Assembly: GCA_964016885.1 (NCBI GenBank)
Contig: OZ024741.1
Coordinates: 188,356,001-188,420,000 of the forward strand
Source: Eledone cirrhosa
Lineage: Eukaryota
Reading direction: 5' to 3'
DNA length: 64,000 bases
Shown: piece by piece, positions 12,505 to 25,450 of the stretch
Position numbering within the stretch: position 1 is the first letter of the stretch
Layout of the letters: every line of letters begins with the position of its first letter
Position numbers and translations under genes: made by a program
Notes under the pieces: model-generated
Databases searched by the model: none
What the model saw: the letters and a program-made list of their open reading frames with translations, nothing else
Told to the model about the DNA's origin: nothing

Positions 12505-13170
12505 ATTTTTATATTTTCTTTTCCATGCTTGCATGGGTTGGAAAGGTCCTTCTCAGCACAGCCTCTCTTCACATGTCGCAATCCTGGGTCATTGCCTCTG
12601 TGAGTCTCAGTGATTTGAGATCAGCTCTCACATTTGCCCAGGAATTTCTTTGTCTACATATACCGCGACTTCCTTTCACTGGTATTTCCTGGCACTTCTT
12701 CACCCAACAATCATTGTCCATGTGCATCACATGTCAAATCCAACACAGTCTTCTCTCCTGCACACTACCTCAGAATCCTCTTAAACCTAGCTTCTCCTTC
12801 AACTCGTTAAAGCTCTGCTTCTCTTTCACACATACATTGCACATTCAATGGAACATGGTTGTTTCATTTTTATCAAAGTCTGCACACGTCCTCCACAATC
12901 ACAAACCATGTTTCACTATCATGCAGCATCGCACTTCGCACGCAGGCAACATACAGTCATCCTTTTGTGCATGGGAAGAAACCTTTTGTGGTCAACAGTG
13001 GGAGAAGCTCTCTGAACTTTTTCTATCCGATCCTTATTCTAGCTATTATGCTCTCAGAGCACCCTCCTCCATTGCTAATTATGTTGCCTAGATAGCAAAA
13101 GTTATCAACCACTTCTATGGGTCCTTCCTATGCCTGGAATAGGCTTACATCACTGATTATCTTCCCCTTG
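12505..13170 (-). mobile_element. Degenerate RTE LINE 3' fragment
   Basis: Paralogous to 13200-13800 and 52400-52900, frame disrupted. Confidence 0.75.
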
Positions 13171-13199
13171 GATAACCCTATTTATATATATGTATATAT

Positions 13200-14620
13200 C
13201 ATCATCATCATTTTACATCCACTTCTCCCTGCTTGCAAGGGTGGAACAGGTCCTCTTCAACACGGTCCTTTGTCATCTCCTCTGTGAGCTTCAGCGATCT
13301 GAGGTCAGCTCTCACCACCTCCGCCCATGTTTTTTGTGGTCTTCTTCTTCTGCATCTTCCTTCCACCGGGATTTCTTGGCACTTCTTTACCCAACGGTCA
13401 TATTCCATGCACATCACATGGACATACCAATGCCGTCTTCTCTTCCGCACACTACAGTTTATCCCTCTTATACACAGTTTCACTCTCAACTCGTCTATAC
13501 TTGGTCATTCATGCACATTGACATTGCACATCCATCGGAGTATGCTTACTTCATTTCTCTCCAGCCATTGCATATCCTCCAGAGTTGCTGCCCATGTCTC
13601 ACTACCATGCAGCATCACACATCTCACACAGGCATCATATAACCGACCTTTCATTCATAGGGAGAAAACCTGTCCTTATTCTAGATACTATGGCCTCGGA
13701 GCATCCTCCTCCCTTGCTAATCTGATCACCTAGATATCGGAAGTTATCAACCACCTCTATAGATCCTACCTGCATTTGAAAAATGTGCCTATCACTGATA
13801 TTTCTACTATCAATTTTCCCTGAACATCTACTACATATGAAGTTTTCCCTTCCTGTTAGTTTGCCTGCTATCCCACTATACCTTTTGTGTACCCAAGATC
13901 TGCATTGTGTACATTCTATAGAGTTTATGCCAACTCCTTTGCTACATATTGAACATGGCCATGTCCTCTTTCCTACTTATCAACACTTTGCTAGGTTCAC
14001 TCTGTCCACTTGATTCCAACTGCTGTTTCCATAGCTGGAATTTATTCTCTAGCTCCTCTACTGATTCTGCTATAAGTAGCAGATCGTCAACATAGAGAAG
14101 TTCCCATAGGCAGCCAGTCTTAAACTCCTCTGTTATGGCTTGGAGAACTATAATGAATAAGAATGGGCTGAAGACCGAACCCTGATGTACTCCTACTTGT
14201 ATCTGGAATTTCTAACTAAACTCTATTCCTACCCTCACTTTACTGACATCTCCTCTGTACAAAGCTTGCACTGTCCTCACAAGCCATTCCTCTACACCTA
14301 GTTTCCTTAGGGACCACCAGACGACAGATTGGGGTACTCTATCAAAGGCCTTCTCTAAGTCAACAAAAGCTAAATATAGTGGTTTATTCTTCTCTAAGAA
14401 CCTCTCTTGTAGTTGTCTCACTAAGAAGAGGGCATCTGTTGTACTTTTCCCAAGCATAAAACCAAACTGCATCTCATCTAATTTGACTCTTTCTCTAATT
14501 AATTGTGATAACACTCTTTCTGTCACTTTCATAGCCTGATCCATCAGTTTTATGCCGCTATAATTGCTTCTCTCCAGAGCATCCCCTTTACCTTTGTAGC
14601 AATTTACAAGAATACTGCTG
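13200..14620 (-). mobile_element. RTE LINE family B, truncated, RT domain to tail
   Basis: QFGF..STTDALF..LQE, AFVDLEKAFDRVP, GRCRRRRPQKTW; (ATG)n tail near 13200. Confidence 0.92.
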
Positions 14621-14624
14621 CATC

Positions 14625-14890
14625 AGTAAAGTGGTCATGATGGTGACATGACAAAAATCACCCAGCCCATACTGTAAAGTGGTGATGCAGGTGACACAAC
14701 AAAAAGTGCCCAGTTCACACTGTAAGTGTGGTTGACATTAGGAAGGGCATCAGCTCTAGAAACCAAGCCAAAATCAGTTTCTGTATGAGCAAGATATGGT
14801 CATGTGACCTGGCTTGTCCCACAATGGGACAATTAGTCTAACCCATGCTAGCATGCAAAAATGGATGTTAAACGGTGATGATGATGATGA
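14625..14890 (+). mobile_element. RTE-A-type 3' UTR fragment
   Basis: AGGAAGGGCATC..AACCCATGCTAGC..(GAT)n; similar solo tails at 23490-23712, 23745-24030, 24590-24856, 25610-25713, 49262-49495, 51730-51905. Confidence 0.75.
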
Positions 14891-15049
14891 TATGACTGAA
14901 TAGAAAAGAAGTTTGCTTTACAATCATGAGTACAGTCTCAATATCTTAGGCAAGTATTTTTTACCATAATCTCTGACCAACTAAAGTCTTGTGAGTGAAA
15001 CTGTATGGTAACCCAAGAGAGAGACGTCCAGTTTTGCCAGCAGGGGTCA

Positions 15050-15848
15050 TAGTCTGTTGAAAAAGTATCAAACTTTATTTTTTCCTATGGGATGTAATTA
15101 TGTTAGGGAGACAAAAATGTGCAGAATGGAGTTGCATACATTCATACGTATGCATGGCTTTTGGTGAGCTTGCTAAATGTGTCATTCTTTGCCAGATAGC
15201 CTGTGTGTAAGGTGCTATACTACTTACTCATCACATTTTCATTTCACCTGATACTGCAAACAAGGAACCTGATTTCTTGAATGCTGTGATAACTAGAGGT
15301 AAGTTATCAAAGTGGAAGCATCCAATGTTGCCAAAGCCCAGAATAGCAAGTCAGGAACAGACAAAAATCAATGTGGTGCTGACTGTTTTCTTTGCCTACC
15401 AAGGTGTTTTGCATCACGAATACACACCAGAAGAGCAAATAGCGACAAAGAAGTACTACCAGGAATTCCTCAGATGTTGTTGTGATGCAGTGCAGCATGA
15501 GAAACTGGCAGCTGCATCATGACAATGCTCTGGTTCATTCATTGCAGTTGATCCAAGGTTCCTCAGCAAAGGAAGGCATTTCGCTTATGTGATAAGCTCC
15601 AGCTCTCCAGACATGGTTCTTTCAAATTTCTGAAGATGCCATGAAAAGGGTTGAGAGGAAATCATACAGATTGCAACAATTGAGCCGAGTGCCTTTCTGG
15701 AAGAAAAATTCCAGACATGTTTTGAACAGTGGCTGGTTTGCTGAGCTAAATGAGTGAAGCCACAAAGGGCCTACTTTCATGGAGAACCCCAGCAAGTACA
15801 TAATTTCTTTTCTTAGCCAAATGTTGGATACTTTTTTGACAGATCATG
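15050..15848 (+). mobile_element. Degenerate mariner-type DNA transposon
   Basis: Imperfect TIRs GTCTGTTGAAAAAGTATC / GATACTTTTTTGACAGAT; transposase remnants VLTVFFAYQGVLHHEY and WQLHHDNA. Confidence 0.85.
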
Positions 15849-16232
15849 TACATATTTGCCTATGTTTACAAACACATGAGGAATGGAAGAGGAAAAGAGG
15901 TAGATGCCAGAAAAGATGGACAGGAAGTATCAAAGAATGGACATGTAAATCTTTAACATAGATCCCCTCCCTCTCAAAAACAGGCATGTGTCCACATCAG
16001 ATGAGGAACACTGGCACACAGCATGTCATATTCACGTCACTAAAACTTCCTCAGGTGTTGAAAACCCAAGCAAGCAAGCAAGCTGCACGCGCGCATACAC
16101 ACACATTCATGCATACTAAGATATATTTGCATACATACACTCACACATAAACAGACTTATAAAAATATATATATATATATACCTATGCTAGCGTGGAAAA
16201 AATGGACGTTAAACGGTGATGATATATATATA

Positions 16233-16781
16233 CAGGGGTTGGACAAAATAATGGAAACATCTAACATCATAATTTTGAAATATCTATAAAACCGTCAAAA
16301 GCTTGTTTATTTTTGTTTTTTTATTTATTATTAGTGTTGCTTAATATGTTTTGTTAAAATTGCTGTTTCTTTTCAGATATCATCAGAAAAAGCTAATTAA
16401 AATTCATTAAAATTACAGATCTATCGGACTTACAAAGAGGTCAAATTGTTAGTGCTCGTATGGCAGGCGATAGCGTAACGAAAACAGCCGAAATGTTTGG
16501 TGTTTCAAGAAGTACTGTCTCGAAAGTAATAACAGCCTTTGAGAAAGATGGAAAAACCTCCTCGGCGAAATAAAACTCCGGAAGAAAACCAAAACTTTCA
16601 GATAGGGATCGTCGGACTCTTACGCGAATTGTTAGAAAGGATCACAAAAGTACAGCTCCAAAAATTACTGCAGAGCTTAATGACCACCTCGAGAACAATA
16701 AAAATAAACAAGCTTTTGACGGTTTTATAGATATTTCAAAATTATGATGCTAGGTGTTTCCATTATTTTGTCCAACCTCTG
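16233..16781 (+). mobile_element. Internally deleted Tc1-like transposon
   Basis: About 87-bp TIRs starting CAGGGGTTGGACAAAATAATGGAAAC, TA on both sides; HTH remnant DLSDLQRGQIVSARMAG..GVSRSTVSKV..SGRKPKLSDRDRRTL; catalytic domain absent. Confidence 0.95.
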
Positions 16782-16859
16782 TATATATATATATATATTA
16801 GAAAGTGAGGTTTTTTTTTAACAAAATGAAAAATAACCGGTGTCCTACACGAGTGAAAG

Positions 16860-17280
16860 TATAAAGAAAAAAAGATGAAATCGAAAATGCAACTGGGGTC
16901 TTATTTTTTAAAAAATATATATATTTATTTGGTTCCTTTACCGGTTTCGCAGTTCTTCTGCTTTTCAAAAGTAGAGTTGAGATGGAGGATCTGTGGTTTT
17001 TCTCACATCTGGTTGGTCTCTAAATGTTACTTATTTTATATGGAAAAAGTGGCTCGAATTACTTCTCTAAAAACCTGGCATTTCGAGCCACTTTTTCCAT
17101 ATAAAACAAGTAACATTTAGAGACCAACCAGATGTGAGAAAAACCACAGATCCTCCATCTCAACTCCACTTTTGAAAAGCAGAAGAACTGCAAAACCAGT
17201 AAAAGAACCAAATAAATATATATATATTTTTTTAAATAAGACTCCAGTTGCATTTTCGATTTCATCTTTTTTTCTTTATA
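16860..17280. mobile_element. Palindromic Penelope-like remnant with U3-A8 hammerhead variant
   Basis: Arms 16860-17058 and 17082-17280, 23-nt spacer; minus strand 16971-16936 CTT-TTGAAAA-GCAG-AAGAA-CTGC-GAAA-CCGG-TA-AAG. Confidence 0.7.
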
Positions 17281-17291
17281 TATATATGTCC

Positions 17292-17378
17292 GTGTGCCTG
17301 ATCAGGGGTCAGTTTGAAAGTGCTTTCTCCAATATCAGTGGTGGTCATAACTGGACCTCGAAACCAATGGTCGCACAT
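17292..17378 (+). ncRNA. Type I hammerhead fold with G8C core change
   Basis: GTGTGC/GCACAT, CTGATCA, GGGGTCAGTT/AACTGGACCTC, GAAA, CCAATGG, GUC. Confidence 0.65.
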
Positions 17379-18023
17379 ACATGTTAAGTGTATGAAACAT
17401 TTATACTATGTGTGTGTGTGTGTGTGTGTATACATATATATATATATATCCAGTGGTGAACCACTAAACTTAAATAAATATATATGTATATGTGTATGTG
17501 TATGTGTAAATATATGTATATATATGTGGGAAATCATTATTGTATAAAATTTACACACACTGGTTTTCCTTCAGACGTTAGTCTGCACTTAGTATATGTG
17601 AGAATGAGTATGAATGACGGTGTGGTGATAGAAAGAAAGATAGAGGTGGGGGGAATCTCGGAACGAAGCGCCTGACACATTCCACAAGAGTCTGCCATGA
17701 TCGGCAGTGACGGTGAAAGAGGGAGGGAAAATTGTTTTTATTGCAATCGTATCACATGCCGCGTGATCGCAAATCGATATCTGAAGCATAAGACAGACAT
17801 AACCACCCACCCCTGTCGCTGCCACCAGACAAGCAAATCTGCTAACAAGAGCAGAATTTATATTTGTAATATTAATAATCATAATAATTGTTGTTGTTTA
17901 ACCCCTGATAAGTCCTGGCCAAGCAGACCGATATAATCAATGGCGTTCTCACAGTTACTACCCAGTTTTTATTCCTTTTGGTTTAAATTTCAGACTGTGT
18001 GTGTGTGTGTGTGTGTGTATACA

Positions 18024-18358
18024 CAGTTGTCCTCTGATATTCGCGGAGGTTACGTTCCTAGAGCACCCGCGAAGAGTTAAAAAAACCGCGAATATTGGGC
18101 GTGGTCAATAAAAATGCCTATAAGCCTCAAAACATAACGTAAAATAATATAGGCCGGCAAATGTGGTTTATTGTTATTAGTAATTTAGCATTAAAAAACG
18201 TGAATAAATATATATTGACACGAAAAACGCTATAAAAAAAATTCGCGGAAGATATTTACGATTCCGCGAATATGCGGTAGTCTCCAGGAACAATTATTGG
18301 TTATGTTCTAAGGAAAATTCCGCGAATAACTGGGTCCGCGAATGCCGGGGGTACACTG
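18024..18358. mobile_element. pogo/Tigger-type MITE
   Basis: Ends CAGTTGTCCTCTGATATTCGCGG / CCGCGAATGCCGGGGGTACACTG, repeated internal CGCGAA motifs, in TA/TG repeats. Confidence 0.7.
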
Positions 18359-18481
18359 TGTATATATATATATATATACACTTTGAAAAATAAAACCAAA
18401 CACTGCTAACTATATCATTTTAATTTACATGTTTCATCCTTAATTATCTGTTTTCGTATTTGAAAACAAATTACTTTATAC

Positions 18482-18512
<31 letters not shown>

Positions 18513-19264
18513 TATACTTTGTGAGTGCCATGCTGCCAAAGTATAACAATATATGTTTCAATGCGCGATTTCACACCAAGAATCTTTAAAAACATATACA
18601 AAAGGAAGTGTATATATGTGTCTGTGTGTGTACATACACACACAGTTAGGTCGTAGAGGACATTATCCAATGCATCCTTTCTTTATTAAGCGGATAGGAT
18701 GTGATTTGAGGGAGTTTTGGCTATCATTCTAAGCAGGGCAACCGACCACGTAGGGTGGCGCTCTTCTGAAATTGGCACAATGCCACAAATGTTGGTGAGA
18801 GGCAGCAAACATTCGGTTGTATTTACACCAGATTTCTAACATAGCTACAAAGACACGTGATATGGCCGGTATATCTTTTATCGACTTGAAAAAGATATCA
18901 ATAATAATTGTTTCTACTTTAGGCACAAGGCCAGCAATTACCTAGTGCATTACTGGTAATGATATTTATTAGTATTATTATTAGCCGAGGTTAACTTTGC
19001 CTTTCATCCTTACGGGGTCGATAAAATAAAGTACCAGTAATATACTGAAATAATTGCTGGCCTTGTGCCAAAAGTAGAAATAATTATTACTATCCGTTCA
19101 TTTATTAACAACCACGACTCATTTAGATATACAAAACGAGTGGAGACTTATAAATATGGTGTCAGATAAAAAAAAAACCCAGAGGTAGTGCAAAGATGAT
19201 ACACATTGAAACCGAAAATTTGATACACAAAATACATACGTAAACACAATTGCCAGGTTCGATT

Positions 19265-19456
19265 AATAATTGTTTCTACTTTTGGCACAAGGCCAGCAAT
19301 TACCGCAGTGCATTACTGGTGCTTTTATTTTTATCGACTCCGTAAGAATGAAAGGAAAAGCTAACCTCGGTGGGATTTGAACTCAGAACGTAAAGGGGCT
19401 CTATGCTGCAAAGCATCGTGTCTGACGCTCTACCGATACTGCCAACCCACCTCCCT
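19265..19456 (-). mobile_element. SINE family B
   Basis: Same core and tail as 7040-7220; two further partial copies at 18905-19085. Confidence 0.85.
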
Positions 19457-19692
19457 ATTAATAAAAAGAAGTCAGTTGTGCATCCTTCTAAAGTCTGCAA
19501 CTGACTGTGTGAGTGTATCACAGGGGCGATGGAACAGGGGCACATATTCACAGTCGGAATAGGCCCATTCAGCTTCATCAATCCCCGCTGCTCTCACCCA
19601 CCATTCCTGAAATATCCAAGAAGACAGACCCTCCATCTCCACCCCCAGTTTCCTCTTCAATATATAAATATATATATATTTTTGGTCGCAAG

Positions 19693-19875
19693 CAGTGCCG
19701 GATTTTGGACAAATGAGGCCCTGTACTAGTTAAGTTATGAGGCCCCTTACTTTGGCCCTGAAGGAAGTAGGCCCAGTAATTTTTTTTTTTTTTTTTTTTG
19801 CAGGAAGATGGGGCCTCCTGGCCAACGGGGTCCTATGCTTAAGCACACTTAAGCACAATGGTAAATAAGGCACTG
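19693..19875. mobile_element. hAT-type MITE
   Basis: Termini CAGTGCC / GGCACTG; 8-bp TSD GTCGCAAG (19685-19692) / GTCGCAAA (19876-19883). Confidence 0.85.
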
Positions 19876-21617
19876 GTCGCAAAGACCCAAGACATTAGAG
19901 ACAATAGAAGGACGAAAAACAACAAAGTGGGATTTAGATCGAGTGAAGAGACGCAGGCATCAGCAAAAGAAAAACAGTAGATATAACAATAAAACTAATT
20001 CTAATGAATAAAAATAATAATTAAAAAAAAACAATAATAAATGTCAACTAGGAAAAGTTTCACATTAAGAGGGAACTACACTTCTGGGTAATACCAAAGA
20101 AATCTTGTGTGAAGGCTTGTGATCAGTGGTTAGGGTGTTCAGCTCACGATCATAAGGTTATGAGTTCCTGGCGGCGCGTCGTATCCTGAGTTGTACTTGT
20201 AAACTCAAAGTGCCAGCCATGTAACACACTGTGTCATGCTGAATTTCCCAGAGCACAAAGTTAAGGGTAGACGTGTCTGTAGAATGTTCAGCTACTTGCA
20301 GGTGATTCCATTGATCACACCAACTGGAACACTGCAAACACGGGGCAAATGAGCTCAATACCAAAGTAGAGAATATCATATATCTATTATATTACTGAGA
20401 TTACTCTCTGTTGCTACTCTGAGATTTATTGAATAGCTACATACACACGCGCAAAATTTTCGACAAATAAAAGAACACAAGTGTGTGTGTGTAAAACTAA
20501 ACGATTGGAAACAAAGGAAAATAGCGATAGTGTATCTGTACAACACACACACACGTGTGAGTGAGTTCGTGTGTGTAAAGGAGTGTCTAAATTATTTTCA
20601 ACATCATGGAAGAATAACGTTTCGACGAGGGAATCACCCTTTTTAATATTGATGTAGCATCGATTCAGATATAGAATTTGGTGTGACTGTCTCAGATTTA
20701 CCGAATTTTAGCCGAGATGTGAATAATTGTCTTTCTTTATACATATGAATTATAAACACCGATGAATACACATTAATGTCTTTATACTTCACTATATACA
20801 AAAACACATATACACACACACATATATATATATATATAGTAATAATAATTATGAAGACTATTAATATGTATATATACACACACACCGTCCAACCTATGCA
20901 AGCATGGAAAAACGAGTGTAAATGGGCCTATTCCGACTGTGAATATGTGCCCCTAGTCCCCCCCCCCCCCCACACCCCCAGTTCCATCGCCCCTGTGATA
21001 CACTCATACAGTCAGTTGCAGACTTTAGAAGGATGCACAACTGACTTCTTTTTATTAATGATAAAATATTCCTTTGTTCTTTTACTGGTTTTTAGTCGAT
21101 CATATCAACCTCAGTACTTATTTTTCGACTTCTATTTGTCGAACTGCTATATTCCAGGTCATATAAATAAACATACATAGATATTACACACTGGACGAGC
21201 TTCCATACTGTTTATGTCTACCAAATTTCACTCATAATGCATTGGTCAACCTGAGGGTATAGAAAACTCTGGCCCAAGGTGGTGGGACTGAACTCGAAAC
21301 CACGTTGTTACAAAGAGAACTTCTTAACCACACAATAAGAAAAGAGCCAATTAATTGCCAACCTGCCAGTTACAATTCCTGACAGAAGGAGGTTTGATCT
21401 GAACTCAGAATGCATAGAACCAAAACAGATACTACAAAACATAATCAAACATTTTAAAAATTCCACTAATCCACCATCCCTAGCCAGGTACTTTACTTAA
21501 CAACCCCTAAATGATAAAATGCTAGGTCGACCTCGGCATAATTTGAACTCAGACCGCAGAGAACTGGAGCAAATTTGAAGCTCTATCTAGTGACTGCGAA
21601 TTCACCTCACAGCCATG

Positions 21618-21693
<76 letters not shown>

Positions 21694-21759
21694 TAACAGG
21701 GATGAGCTACTGGGAGAGGCTGAAAGAAGGGATATGTAGTGATATATATATATATATAT

Positions 21760-22160
21760 GTGGAAGATACTAGCAGCAAACTTAGGCACTGAGAGCTGGA
21801 CCAAATCCCAAACAAGACGTCACTACATAGTGCCAAAGGTTATAACATCCTGATCTTGATTAAGGACCAGATACTGCAAAAGCTTGGGCTTAAAAGACCA
21901 CCAGATCTAATATAATGCCCAAAACCCCTGAGTGATCTACATGGGGTGGATGCAAACGTTTTCAGGAAGCATATTGACATTCTGCTAAGATCCTAGATGA
22001 ACCCCACAACACACAAAGAAGCACAAATGAGAGTAGCAGTGTCACAAACTCCCACATGTATCAATGACCAATCAATGAAGAACGGCTATAGAAAATGTAG
22101 CAACAAATGCAGTGCACCAGCATGGCCTCAGCCCATCAGCTAGAATAGGTAAAAGAGTTA
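21760..22160 (+). mobile_element. Degenerate CR1/Jockey-group LINE 3' end
   Basis: Remnant NIMPKPLSDLHGVDANVFRKHIDILL resembles the CR1-group N.LP...FK..LD terminus. Confidence 0.6.
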
Positions 22161-22189
22161 ATAAAATATATATGTATACATTTTTTTGA

Positions 22190-22720
22190 CCCACTTATTC
22201 CTTGAAAGGGTTGTGAATGCATGTCCTCACACATGAATTCCAGAGTCATATCAGAAGCAACCATCCGCAAATGATCCATCTGGATCCCTAAATGAGACTA
22301 ATCAAGTTCTTGTTATCCAACTATATTACTCATGGTCTACTTCTGAGTCTGTTGCCAGTTTGCTTTGCCTGTAAAATCTGTCTGGCAATTCTTTCTTTAG
22401 ACTTTCTAACCACATGTCCATAGTACTGGAGTCATGACCTCTCGAAGCAGAGAAGTAGCAGCTCTACAGGGAGTAACTCGCTTATCTCCAAGCTATGCAC
22501 CCTATCCAGTAATGTTACTCCAATGACTCATTGTAGGAACCCCCATTTCAGCCGCTTGTATTCTTTTGAATGACACAAGATTCATGATCAAAGATTAGAA
22601 TAGGCATGAACATTGAATGAAAGATAACAAGTTTGACTTTTACACCTATATCCCTTCTGACAACCGAGTGCTGAAATTGGAGCATTACTGCACCAGTTTT
22701 AGCAATTCTAGTTATCTGCA
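22190..22720 (-). mobile_element. Old RTE LINE 3' fragment
   Basis: Decayed RTE C-terminal motifs; related to 60520-61020. Confidence 0.5.
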
Positions 22721-23211
22721 ACCTGAGACTACTAAGAGTCTAGAAGACCCACAGAACTGGCTAGCCCAGTTCAACCAATAGGATGAAGTGGGAAACACTC
22801 ATGAGGAGCTCAAGACCAAGTGTGCAGGTACTGTTGCAACAAAATTCTGAGGACTTTGAAATGAAGCAGAACCTGTTCAGCTTCTACTTTAGCTGTTAGA
22901 TGCAGTGGGGAAAAGCAGATAGGCTTGTCTCCAGATGGAAAAGGACCCTCTTGTTCAATTAGGTTCAAGATGTTATCCAAGTAAAGAAAGAGGCTTACAA
23001 AGGTTGTCTTAGAAGTTTTCTTTATTGCACCCACAGTACAAGCTGGTGTGAAAGGTTGCAAGCAGAGACTGAAAAGGCATCCAAGGTTAATAATATATAC
23101 ATTATATATATATATATATATATAAAACACAAGAACCATTGCATTTGTATGTAATATATATATGGTGTCTGAGGTGTTTGTCAGAATTCCTTTTAACTAA
23201 TTATGCAATCT

Positions 23212-23269
23212 ACACCTGATAATGTCGCCAGGGTCATGTGTAACCAGACCATTGAAATATATATAGTGT
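23212..23269 (+). ncRNA. Decayed type I hammerhead in a TA-flanked hairpin (about 23165-23335)
   Basis: ACAC-CTGATAA...CATT-GAAA-TATATA-TA-GTGT, stem I extended by TGCAA/TTGCA; core not canonical. Confidence 0.45.
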
Positions 23270-23710
23270 TTTGTTGCAACAATAAAAGTTAAAAAGAATA
23301 TTCCTTGTCAAACCTCCTGTAATCAAATTAATATATAGTATTAATATATAAGGGAACAAAGAATTAGTGTTGCATCATATACATATATATATACACATAC
23401 ATACAGTATGGGCTGGAGGCTTCACTAGATGTATGCTTTAGCCTGTCATGGGAGATCTATGGAAGAGTGGGGTTTATATATATAAAGCGGCCAGCCCACA
23501 CTGTAAAAAGGTTGTGTAGGTGTCACGACAAAAGGAATCCAGCACACAATGTAAATGAGGTTGGTGTGAGGAAAAGCATCCAGCTGTAGAGACCAAGCCA
23601 AAATCAGTTCTGTATGAGCAAGAGATGGTCACCTGACCTGCCATTTCTCACAACAGGACAACTCATCTAACCCATGCTAGTGTGGAAAAATAGACTTTAA
23701 ACAGTGATGA

Positions 23711-23746
<36 letters not shown>

Positions 23747-24879
23747 TCATCATCATCATCATCGTTTAACGTCTATCTTCCACGCTAGCATGGGTTAGAC
23801 GAGAATTGTCCCACTTGAGGCAAGATTGATCGGGTGACTGTGTCTTGCTCCTAGAAAACTGTATCTGGCAGGTTTCTACAGCTGGATGCCCTTCCAAACA
23901 CCAACCACATTTACAGTGTGGACTGGGTGTCTTTTTACCATGTCTCCTACACGACCACTTTACAGCGTGGACTGGTGTTTTTTTGTCATGACACCTACAG
24001 GACCTCTTTAGTTTGGACTGGATGTTGTGGTACCAACATAACTTTACAGAGAAAGGGTGGTGTTGGTGGAAGGATGGAGTAGGGGTTTCAAAAGTTTCCT
24101 GAACAAGTTACCCCAAGAAATGCCTGATAAACCTCCTTCACCCAGATATGTCTTCGAAAACAATAACTCTTTTTACTATGGTTGCATAACATCCATGAGC
24201 TTGGCTGGTCACATTGGGGATCCAGCTGGATCAGTTAGTTGCTTCTCACATGACCCGTCTGAAGGAGTGTTTGAGGACTCGTCCCCCCGTCCCCCCCACG
24301 GCCCACTCAGGAATAAGTGGGCGAAGAAGATACACACACACACACACATCATTCATCAAAAGAAATATACTATAAGTATTTGTTCTTCTTTCATAAATCC
24401 CTATATTAAAATTATAGATATACAGAGAGTGGGGATAAACCAGAAGCGAAACCTACAGTCAGTAGGCACCTCTTAACCAAATATACACCCCAATCCACTA
24501 CCCCTACCCTATCCTCCCACTCCCACCAACACTACCTTCTCTCTGTAAAGTTGGTACCACAACATCCAGTCCAAATAAATGAGATAATGAGATCGAGATC
24601 GTGTAGGTGTCACGAGAAAAAAAACACACAGTTCACACTGTAATGTGGCTGTGTAGGTAACACAGTAGAAAGTTCCCAGTTCCACACTGTAAATGTGGTC
24701 GGTGTTAGGAAGGGCATCCAGCCGTAGAAAACCTGCCAGATAGTCCTATATGAGCGAGACACGGTCACCCGACCAACCTTGCCTCAAGTGGGACAACTCC
24801 CGTCTAACCCATGCTAGAGTGGAAGATGGACTTAAACGAAGATGATGATGATGATGAAACAGAGAGATACAAAAACACA

Positions 24880-25450
24880 GACTTAATAGGTTCATGCTTA
24901 GGAAGAAGTAAATGAATAGTACGTGAATGTTTTGACGTATCGGACATAAGTCCTTCTTCAGGAAATAGCAAAGTTCAGAGAGAGAGAAGGTTGAACGTTT
25001 GGCAAAAAATAATTAAATGGGTGAGGAGCATAGCGCCAAGTAGTCAGGCGTGCGGGGGTGAAGGACGAGGTGGAGTTCCAGGTGTGTTATGGGTGATGTG
25101 TGTGCGCAGATGAAGTGCATTACGTGGGTGTGCATTATTTCTTCTCTCTGTGGTATTTATGTATCGTTGATGGAAATGTGCGTGTGTTTATCTACGCGCG
25201 TCTGTGAATTTTTATGTACGTGTATGTTTATGTATGAGTGCTTATATCCACATGTGTGTCTGTGAATGTTATATATTTTTTTTTTGTGCGTGTGTATGTA
25301 CGTGTGTGTGTCTGGACATTTTATGTATGTACGTGTGTCTTTGTATTACGTATATCTTTATCAAGGAAATTGAATACATACTCTACGCATATATTGAGTT
25401 CACTTTCTAATAAAAGCAGCCATCCCTACTATACCTAGTATTATATTACA
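24880..25450 (-). mobile_element. Penelope-like terminal remnant with minimal hammerhead (one core change)
   Basis: Minus strand CTGAAGA-AGGAC-TTAT-GTCC-GATA-CG-TC at about 24934-24961. Confidence 0.55.

Noticed and set aside
22730-23090. Possible decayed hAT transposase
   Set aside because: Only vague motif similarity, no termini
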